Sequence record: MW384823.1
Reading direction: 5' to 3' (one strand)
Length of the DNA stretch: 64,000 nucleotides
The position numbers were made by a program, and so were the translations under genes. The notes under the pieces are model-generated. The model had not been told where the DNA came from and searched no databases. It saw only the letters and a program-made list of their open reading frames with translations. Below, piece after piece: positions 1 to 5,778 of the stretch; the first letter of the stretch is position 1; every line of letters begins with the position of its first letter.

Positions 1-486
1 ATGACCACGATTGCGTACGATGGAAAAACACTGGCGTCCGATAGCCAATCGACTCAAGGGAATATCCGTGTGTCGAACTCCGCGGTAAAAATCTTTTCAG
101 CCCCTCACCGTGACTGGTCAGTCGAGAACAAGCGCATCGTCGCATTCGGAGTGGCTGGTAATCTGCACGCCGCTAACGACCTGCGCGCCGCGATGGAAAC
201 ATTCGCTGGCCACAAAGCCGGTGACCCGTTTGCCAAAGGCGTTACGTTCGCGTTCATCGCGATTGCCGAAGACCGCACCGTGTTTGTTGGCGGGAAGTAT
301 TCCGACGAAGACCGTTCGTGGGTGATGCAAGCCGATGCACCGGTTGCTGTCGGTAGCGGTGGAGATTTTGCATTGGGTGCCATGGCTGCCGGTGCCAAAG
401 CCGAAGACGCTGTCCGTATCGCATCGAAGTTCGATGTGAACACCAACGACAGTGTCTCGTCCATCAATTGCTGGAGTAACACATGA
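1..486 (+). CDS. HslV/proteasome-beta-like Ntn-hydrolase peptidase
   Basis: N-terminus M-TTIAYDG gives a Thr1 nucleophile after Met removal; SDSQ, K33-like KIF and AVGSGG motifs of the HslV/20S-beta fold. Confidence 0.75.
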   Translation: MTTIAYDGKTLASDSQSTQGNIRVSNSAVKIFSAPHRDWSVENKRIVAFGVAGNLHAANDLRAAMETFAGHKAGDPFAKGVTFAFIAIAEDRTVFVGGKYSDEDRSWVMQADAPVAVGSGGDFALGAMAAGAKAEDAVRIASKFDVNTNDSVSSINCWSNT

Positions 487-818
487 GCGAAGAAAAAGTT
501 CAACCGGAGCTGGTGTTTGATTTTGCGTATCCACTCGATGAGGCATGCGCGATTCTGGGGAATACCCGCGTACCAAAAATCGCGGCGTTGACGGAAGTCG
601 TTTCCACCGTCCAGTTTCACATGTGGGCTGCAACCGATTTGGTAACCGTGATGGTTCTGTCGAAAGACGGCGATGCCACTACGGTGAATACTTACCAAGG
701 CTATAGCCCGGTAACCAAAATCGAGTCCATCAACAACGCTTTCGAGGAAGCACTCAAGGCAGCACTGAAGTCTTGGGCTTACCTTCAAACGCGCAATTTG
801 AACGACGCGGTAGTCTAA
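483..818 (+). CDS. hypothetical protein
   Basis: 111 aa ORF coupled by ATGA overlap to upstream gene. Confidence 0.7.
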   Translation: MSEEKVQPELVFDFAYPLDEACAILGNTRVPKIAALTEVVSTVQFHMWAATDLVTVMVLSKDGDATTVNTYQGYSPVTKIESINNAFEEALKAALKSWAYLQTRNLNDAVV

Positions 819-840
819 TTACAAGTTTACCCTGTTGTAT
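812..840 (+). promoter_or_regulatory. putative tRNA-operon promoter, copy 1
   Basis: AGTCTAATTACAAGTTTAC (812-830) identical to 3972-3990; both lie just upstream of tRNA genes. Confidence 0.55.
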
Positions 841-865
841 GCTGAGAAGCACGTAATTGAATTCT

Positions 866-941
866 AGGGGAGTAGCTCAGCTGGCAGAGCACCGGTCTCC
901 AAAACCGGGTGTCCAGAGTTCGAATCTCTGTTCCCCTGCCA
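866..941 (+). tRNA. trnW: tRNA-Trp(CCA)
   Basis: AGGGGAG/TTCCCCT acceptor, CCGGT-CT CCA AA-ACCGG anticodon arm, TTCGAAT T-loop, encoded CCA. Confidence 0.95.
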
Positions 942-1005
942 AATTTAGCCAGCAAGAATGTGAGAAACCGCGGAAGACCAAATAGTCAATCGCTGGAGAA
1001 TTCTC

Positions 1006-1227
1006 ATGAACTTGTATTTGCTTGAACGTCAAGACGATGTCGGTTACGACGAGTTTGATTCCATAGTCGTTGCAGCTCCTTCGGAAGCTGTAGCGCGCGC
1101 AATTCGTCCAAGGGGTGGTTGGGTTTACGGTGAGGCATGGGATGAGGCGGAAACGCTGACCTGCACAAACATCGGAACCACGCACCTCCCAATCGGGATT
1201 GTTCATGAATCGTTCAACGCAGGCTGA
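1006..1227 (+). CDS. small hypothetical phage protein
   Basis: 73 aa, GGAG RBS, followed by GGTGGGC-TTCG-GCCCACC hairpin. Confidence 0.75.
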   Translation: MNLYLLERQDDVGYDEFDSIVVAAPSEAVARAIRPRGGWVYGEAWDEAETLTCTNIGTTHLPIGIVHESFNAG

Positions 1228-1257
1228 ATACCGGTGGGCTTCGGCCCACCACACCTT

Positions 1258-1331
1258 GGGGCGCTGGCCGAGTGGTTAGGCGCTGGATTGCAAATCCTGT
1301 TACCGCGGTTCGATTCCGCGGCGTCCCTCCA
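1258..1331 (+). tRNA. trnC: tRNA-Cys(GCA)
   Basis: GGGGCGC/GCGTCCC acceptor, TT GCA AA loop, TTCGATT T-loop, T73 plus CCA; one T.T mismatch in anticodon stem. Confidence 0.92.
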
Positions 1332-1471
1332 AATACCCTGTCTCGCCCGACAGGATTTCTTTACAAAAACCCGTAGAGCCTTTCGGGGGTGAAGCTAGTT
1401 GGAGTGGTTGTTCACTCTACGGTCTTCTACTCCTGGGCGCTGGCTCACCCACCTAAAGGATAAAAAGAATT

Positions 1472-1897
1472 ATGTTCGGTCTTTTCAAAAAACGCGCTAA
1501 CCGTGCTATGTCTGAAATCAAAAAATTCGACAAACGTGACCTGGCTGAAGCCGTGGTTAACGCCGCTTACCTGATTGCTTACGCAGACGGCGAGCTGGAA
1601 TCTTCTGAGAAAGCGAAAATCGATCAGGTGCTGCGCGCCAACCCGGTACTGTCTAACTTCCAGTCCGAGCTGAACGCAATTGCTTCTACCATCATCGCTC
1701 AGCTGGAAGCGGACATCGACATCGGTCGTCGTGCTGCCCTGCGCCAGATTGCTGATGTAAAAGGCGACCAGCGCGAGTGTGAAGACGTGCTGGACGTTGC
1801 TGTGGCTATTGCCCGTGCTGATGGCGAAATCGAACCGGCAGAAGTTGAAATGCTGAAACAGATCGCCGAAGCGCTGGGTCTGCGTTACGACGCGTAA
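1472..1897 (+). CDS. terB: TerB-family (tellurite-resistance-like) protein
   Basis: AAYLIAYADGELESSE and AIARADGEIEPAE duplicated xADG..E motifs typical of TerB; high-expression codon bias. Confidence 0.85.
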   Translation: MFGLFKKRANRAMSEIKKFDKRDLAEAVVNAAYLIAYADGELESSEKAKIDQVLRANPVLSNFQSELNAIASTIIAQLEADIDIGRRAALRQIADVKGDQRECEDVLDVAVAIARADGEIEPAEVEMLKQIAEALGLRYDA

Positions 1898-1900
1898 GCC

Positions 1901-2083
1901 ATGAAGCTGAAAACCAAGTTATACATCGTGGCCGCGTTGCTGCTGATGCTGCTTGGCAACTTCGTTGGGCGAGCCTTCACGTTAATCGCCTACGTAGCTG
2001 TAATCGGCGTAGTAGCCTATCTGGTCTGGCCGGTCATCAAGAAGTTTGCGGCGAAGTCGCAGGCGAAGGTGAAAGGCAAGTAG
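1901..2083 (+). CDS. small two-helix membrane protein
   Basis: 60 aa, two hydrophobic segments, basic C-terminus. Confidence 0.75.
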   Translation: MKLKTKLYIVAALLLMLLGNFVGRAFTLIAYVAVIGVVAYLVWPVIKKFAAKSQAKVKGK

Positions 2084-2149
2084 TAATTCGGTGCGGGGGT
2101 CGTTCCCTCCGCACCACCCTTTTCTTCTCATCTAAAAATAGGTATAACC

Positions 2150-2989
2150 ATGAGAAAGGTGCTTTTCGGAATACTTGCAGCGTTGACGTTTAGCATGTCC
2201 GCCGTAGCGGCAGACGAAGTAGTCATTACCACAGGACAGCAGGGCCTGACCTATAACTCGGTCTATGGTGTTAATCTGGCCGGTGCTATCAGCGAGTTCG
2301 GTACTCGTGCACGGGTCATCCCGTCGAAGGGGTCGTTAGACAACCTCGACAAAGTCGCTGCCGGTGAAGCCCAGATTGGTTTCACGCAGGCAGATGCTTT
2401 CCAGTTCTGGCGTGCTAAGCACCCGAACGAAGCGCAGAACGTTGACATCGTCGGTCAGCTGGCCCGTGAATGTGTATGGGTCGCTGTCAAGAAAGACGGC
2501 AAGGTCAAAGATGCGAAAGATTTAACCGATGGCGTGAAAATCGCAGTCGGTGAACCGGACTCTGGCTCGTACGCGAGCTGGCAATACCTGCAACAGTTGG
2601 TGAAAGAGTATTCCAAAGCGGAAACTTATGCCAAGGGTGGTATCCGTTCGTTGTCCAAAGTGGCAACGGGTGAGTACGACGCATTCCTGTGGGTATCAGC
2701 GCCGGATAAAAGCAACAAATTCCTCGAAGCGGTCAATCAAGACAGTTCTGGTTTAGAGCTGATTGACATGAGCACATGGAACGTCAACGACAAACTGCCT
2801 AACGGCCAGTCAGTCTACACGAAAGAAACGGCCAAGACAGACAAGACCGCGTTCTTCGGTAAGAAAGTTGATGTTCCGTGCACCACCACACTCGTCGTGG
2901 CCAACACTGACGCTGGTGATGATCTGCTCGAAACCGTTTCTACCATCCTCCTGAAAAACAATTCACGAGTGATGGGGGACAAAAAATAA
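2150..2989 (+). CDS. TAXI-family TRAP-type solute-binding-like periplasmic protein
   Basis: Signal peptide (MRKVLF...AVA-ADE), ITTGQQGLTY, SKGSLDNL, IGFTQAD, VGEPDSGS motifs. Confidence 0.75.
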   Translation: MRKVLFGILAALTFSMSAVAADEVVITTGQQGLTYNSVYGVNLAGAISEFGTRARVIPSKGSLDNLDKVAAGEAQIGFTQADAFQFWRAKHPNEAQNVDIVGQLARECVWVAVKKDGKVKDAKDLTDGVKIAVGEPDSGSYASWQYLQQLVKEYSKAETYAKGGIRSLSKVATGEYDAFLWVSAPDKSNKFLEAVNQDSSGLELIDMSTWNVNDKLPNGQSVYTKETAKTDKTAFFGKKVDVPCTTTLVVANTDAGDDLLETVSTILLKNNSRVMGDKK

Positions 2990-3000
2990 AAATATGTACT

Positions 3001-3587
3001 GACCCAGTGCATCTTTTCGGGCTGGGTAGGGTTGATGTCCCTACCTGCGCGGTGTTCGTTAAGGCTGGTAACGTTCGCTAAGACCTATCGCATACCCGTA
3101 AGTCGATAGTAGCCGGTTACACAAAGAACTATCCATTGGGTAGGTAACTGACCGTTCACGATCTCATTAGGTGAGCAAATAATCTATGCAAGGACTTCTA
3201 GGATTTGTGCTCGACATGATGGGTAGCTTACGCCGCCTCATCAAGCAGTTACGAATCTGGAAGCTTGCCCATTACTGGTTTACAGGCGAAAAGGCTTCTC
3301 GTGAGAGAGCCACATGCAAACTGCGTATTTACATTAGTATGTTCACGGCTGTGAGCATAGGTCAAGCCCCGGAACGATAAGCCGGTCAGCTACGCCTGTA
3401 AAATACAATCTGAAAATCATAATGGGATTAAGTTCCCAGATTTGAAAAGGCGACTGTGTGTCGTCGGCGATAACCCCCCGTCGTGGACTCGGTTATCCCA
3501 AAGGTAATGTGAAAGGGGTTGGTGCTTGGAGGCGCTAAGACCGGCGGATACGCTGGCTCAGAAGAAGAAGTCCATCAACCCCATTCT
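3001..3587 (+). ncRNA. putative large structured non-coding RNA region (about 590 nt), or several tandem small RNAs
   Basis: No credible ORF; helices 3219-3229/3261-3272, 3279-3288/3393-3402 (10 bp perfect), 3293-3311 (GTGA tetraloop), 3338-3346/3351-3359, 3469-3475/3491-3497, 3515-3524/3573-3582. Confidence 0.55.
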
Positions 3588-3642
3588 CACCTAAGTAACT
3601 CTTTTACAGAGTGTTACTTATATATGCGAAAGCGAGGTGAAC

Positions 3643-3969
3643 ATGGGAACGTATCGTGAAGGTCCTGAAAGTACGGTGACTCACCGTAGTCATGATTACT
3701 CTGTGGATGCATTGCTGGATATAGCGGAACGTCATAGCCTCGTTCAAATTCCAGTGTCTAGAATAGAATGGATTTTAAACGAGACTACGCTCGATGATGA
3801 GCGGGTTAAGAATGCAGATACGGATTATCCAATAATCGTGCTGCACGAAGGAAGTTTGTATATTGTATTAGACGGTGCCCATCGCCTTGCGAAGGCGGTT
3901 GCCGAAGGGCGGGACACCATCGCAGCCAAGATACTTGTGCCTGCGAATCTACCGAAACCGGTACGATAA
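3643..3969 (+). CDS. small ParB/sulfiredoxin-fold protein
   Basis: YPIIV...VLDGAHRLAKA signature; GAGG RBS before ATG 3643. Confidence 0.75.
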   Translation: MGTYREGPESTVTHRSHDYSVDALLDIAERHSLVQIPVSRIEWILNETTLDDERVKNADTDYPIIVLHEGSLYIVLDGAHRLAKAVAEGRDTIAAKILVPANLPKPVR

Positions 3970-3971
3970 AA

Positions 3972-4000
3972 AGTCTAATTACAAGTTTACACTGTATTAT
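3972..4000 (+). promoter_or_regulatory. putative tRNA-operon promoter, copy 2
   Basis: 19-nt exact repeat of 812-830 followed by ACTGTATTAT, ending one base before a structured RNA at 4001. Confidence 0.55.
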
Positions 4001-4084
4001 GTCGGAAACCCGATTTGATGTTGCACAGGGCGCTACGCTGCGGCGTTTGCCGGTGTGCAGGGTTAGGTCGGGATTCTGGCACCT
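4001..4084 (+). ncRNA. long-stem RNA Z
   Basis: 4001-4013/4068-4080 pair (12 of 13 positions), inner helices TTGCAC/GTGCAG and ACGC-TGCG-GCGT, 3' tail ACC(T). Confidence 0.5.
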
Positions 4085-4088
4085 ATTT

Positions 4089-4173
4089 GGCGGGTTACTC
4101 AAGCGGCAACGAGAGCAGACTGTAAATCTGTTGACTTCGGTCTTCGGTGGTTCGAGTCCACCACACGCCACCA
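4089..4173 (+). tRNA. trnY: tRNA-Tyr(GTA)
   Basis: GCAGA-CT GTA AA-TCTGT arm, variable arm GAC-TTCG-GTC, A73 plus CCA; G.A mismatch in acceptor. Confidence 0.93.
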
Positions 4174-4179
4174 AACAGT

Positions 4180-4254
4180 TGGGGTATAGCCAAGCGGTAA
4201 GGCCCAGGGCTTTGATCCCTGTATGCCTAGGTTCGATTCCTAGTGCCCCTGCCA
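4180..4254 (+). tRNA. trnQ: tRNA-Gln(TTG)
   Basis: CAGGG-CT TTG AT-CCCTG arm, unpaired 1:72, G73 plus CCA. Confidence 0.93.
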
Positions 4255-4259
4255 CACAA

Positions 4260-4481
4260 TGGTACCTGTCACAGCAGCCCTTGAGGCTTACGCGAAGATG
4301 ACTGGCAGCCTCCTTTTACCGGGTAACACATTCCTGCCAGCGTGCTATTGCCGCGAAGGTTTGTCCCCGGTGTCGTGCGTTATTCGGGTCTACCCACGGT
4401 CTGCGGACGGTGCGCTGATGTCTCGATATACGCCATAGGGCAGCCTTGAGAACTCCGTGGGATTCGGAGGGGTACCACCCA
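4260..4481 (+). ncRNA. RNA A: about 220-nt RNA with a tRNA-like acceptor stem and T-arm
   Basis: GGTACCT(4261-4267)/GGGTACC(4470-4476) 7 bp, adjacent CTCCG-TGGGATT-CGGAG 5-bp/7-nt arm, tail A-CCCA. Confidence 0.55.
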
Positions 4482-4552
4482 TTCTTGTGTTTCCTTATCC
4501 TGAAGACATTCGTAAGACAAATCCATTCGTGGTCGAGGAAACACAGAACCCA
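4482..4552 (+). ncRNA. RNA B: 13-bp stem RNA ending C-CCA
   Basis: TTC(T)TGTGTTTCCT/AGGAAACACAGAA then CCCA; abuts RNA A, 4 nt before tRNA-Asp. Confidence 0.6.
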
Positions 4553-4556
4553 TTCT

Positions 4557-4631
4557 AGGACTGTAGTTCAGTGGGAGAACGCCGCCCTGTCACGGCGGAG
4601 GTCGCGGGTTCGAAACCCGTCAGTCCTGCCA
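4557..4631 (+). tRNA. trnD: tRNA-Asp(GTC)
   Basis: CCGCC-CT GTC AC-GGCGG arm, G73 plus CCA. Confidence 0.95.
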
Positions 4632-4639
4632 TTTTCAAA

Positions 4640-4715
4640 TGCGTCTTAGCTCAGTTGGTAGAGCGCACCCCTGATAAGGGTGAGGTCACTGGTTCAAGTC
4701 CAGTAGATGCAACCA
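4640..4715 (+). tRNA. trnI: tRNA-Ile(GAT)
   Basis: CACCC-CT GAT AA-GGGTG arm, A73 plus CCA. Confidence 0.95.
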
Positions 4716-4721
4716 AACACT

Positions 4722-4799
4722 GGTGTATGTAGTTCAGTTGGTTAGAATTCCGGCTTGTGACGTCGGAGGTCGAGAGTTCAAGTCTCTCCATACACCCCA
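4722..4799 (+). tRNA. trnH: tRNA-His(GTG) with encoded G-1
   Basis: G-1:C73 pair, CCGGC-TT GTG AC-GTCGG arm, CCA. Confidence 0.95.
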
Positions 4800-4805
4800 A
4801 ACAAT

Positions 4806-4881
4806 GCTCCCATCGTCTAGAGGCCAAGGACCCCAGGTTTTCAGTCTGGTAACCCCGGTTCAAATCCGGGTGGGAGTACCA
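4806..4881 (+). tRNA. trnE: tRNA-Glu(TTC)
   Basis: CCAGG-TT TTC AG-TCTGG arm, TTCAAAT T-loop, CCA. Confidence 0.92.
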
Positions 4882-4903
4882 TGTTATCCTCACGTAAATC
4901 ATC

Positions 4904-5006
4904 GCCGGTGTAAGGAAGTGGCCAAACCTAAGTAGGTCGTGAGGTAAAAGCTCACCACTGAACACCCTAAGGGTTCCTGAGGTTCGAGTCCTCAGTACCG
5001 GCACCA
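4904..5006 (+). tRNA. atypical 103-nt Leu-like tRNA with enlarged anticodon arm; anticodon undetermined
   Basis: GCCGGTG/TACCGGC acceptor, A73-CCA, D-arm, long variable arm, TTCGAGT T-loop; anticodon loop 12 nt longer than normal, with inner GTGAG/CTCAC hairpin. Confidence 0.65.
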
Positions 5007-5007
5007 T

Positions 5008-5183
5008 GTTCTCTTGCTGTGGGAAATAGAAGCGAACGTAGAAACGCCGATTAGCTTAAAGCTTAGAGCATCTTACCCTAGCGGTAAGGCAGTAGGGGCG
5101 CAACCCGAATTCCCTATCGGCAACGGCCTGCTTGTCAGGATTAGAAACATCTACGTGGATGGGTACTTCTACAGCGAGAACCA
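5008..5183 (+). ncRNA. RNA C: long-stem RNA enclosing a tRNA-like domain, ends CCA
   Basis: Outer stem 5008-5022/5169-5181, inner helix 5036-5042/5150-5156, tRNA-like cloverleaf 5046-5121; followed by AACAGT, the same spacer as after tRNA-Tyr. Confidence 0.6.
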
Positions 5184-5189
5184 AACAGT

Positions 5190-5262
5190 GGGAGCATTGT
5201 CCATTGTGACACCGGCAAAGGTTTCGTACCTTGCGGGTTGGGCGGAAGCCCGATGTTCCCCC
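5190..5262 (+). ncRNA. RNA D: 10-bp stem three-way-junction RNA
   Basis: GGGAGCATTG/CGATGTTCCC; inner hairpins with TTCG(T) and GGAA loops. Confidence 0.5.
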
Positions 5263-5383
5263 GAACGCTGGCCTTCTGGCCAATACAGTGAAAGCTTACC
5301 CTTGCCGTTGATCACCTCTTCTGCTGCTGCCAACACACTGTATAACCGGAATCAGTCCTGCCTTAAATGGCAAGCGTTCACCC
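5263..5383 (+). ncRNA. RNA E: cloverleaf-like RNA
   Basis: GAACGCT/AGCGTTC 7 bp plus ACCC; GGCC/GGCC arm; ATACAGTG/CACTGTAT arm with large loop; TGCC-TTAAAT-GGCA arm. Confidence 0.5.
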
Positions 5384-5388
5384 TTTAC

Positions 5389-5466
5389 GTTTCCTCAAGG
5401 CGGCTTGGGGTGTTATCTCTCGGCTCTGTTGGGTAACATCGTGGTTCAACTCCATGGGAAACACCA
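5389..5466 (+). ncRNA. RNA F: remodelled tRNA-like RNA with A-CCA end
   Basis: GTTTCCT/GGGAAAC acceptor, GTGG-TTCAACT-CCAT T-arm, 9-bp central arm with 14-nt loop, no canonical anticodon loop. Confidence 0.6.
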
Positions 5467-5472
5467 AACAAA

Positions 5473-5542
5473 GACCTCTCGCGTTGGTGTGCTAAAAGTG
5501 CTTTATTGCGCTGCTAGGATGGTTCGAATCCATCAGAGGTAA
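5473..5542 (+). pseudogene. degenerate tRNA (no CCA, 6-nt anticodon loop)
   Basis: ACCTCT/AGAGGT stem, GATGG-TTCGAAT-CCATC T-arm; D-arm eroded. Confidence 0.5.
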
Positions 5543-5619
5543 GTGCACGGCTGTTAAGCTGGTTAACACCCGACTCATAATCGGATATTCGCGGGTTCGA
5601 TTCCCGCTCGTGTGCGCCC
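5543..5619 (+). tRNA. atypical tRNA-Met/Ile2(CAT)
   Basis: CCGA-CT CAT AA-TCGG arm, GCGGG-TTCGATT-CCCGC T-arm; 6-bp D-stem TGTTAA/TTAACA, wobble-rich acceptor, ends GCCC. Confidence 0.7.
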
Positions 5620-5625
5620 TATTTA

Positions 5626-5701
5626 GACTCTGTAGCTCAGTTGGTAGAGCGGATGACTGTTAATCATCAGGTCACAGGTTCAAGCCCTGTCAGAGTCGCC
5701 A
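5626..5701 (+). tRNA. trnN: tRNA-Asn(GTT)
   Basis: GATGA-CT GTT AA-TCATC arm, G73 plus CCA. Confidence 0.96.
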
Positions 5702-5703
5702 CA

Positions 5704-5774
5704 TTTTGCATTGCCCGAGTCCCGAATGACATTCCGGAAAAATATCATCCATGGTCAAGGGCAGTGCAGAACCA
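5704..5774 (+). ncRNA. RNA G: 13-bp stem RNA ending CCA
   Basis: TTTTGCATTGCCC/GGGCAGTGCAGAA then CCA. Confidence 0.55.
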
Positions 5775-5778
5775 AAAT

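Noticed and set aside
3186-3380. 64-aa ORF inside the structured region
   Set aside because: No clear RBS, protein unlike the other genes, and it overlies strong RNA helices
3561-3575. GAAGAAGAAGTCC resembling group I intron S or RNase P CR-I
   Set aside because: Partner elements (R/P7, CR-V) not found and no interrupted gene
4260-4481. Canonical tmRNA (ssrA)
   Set aside because: Too short, no G3.U70, no ANDENYALAA-like tag; reported as a novel tRNA-like RNA instead
5046-5542. Stop-codon suppressor tRNAs (CTA or TTA in loops) and genome recoding
   Set aside because: Loops are non-canonical (5-6 nt, or no U33/purine 37) and core genes translate full length under code 11
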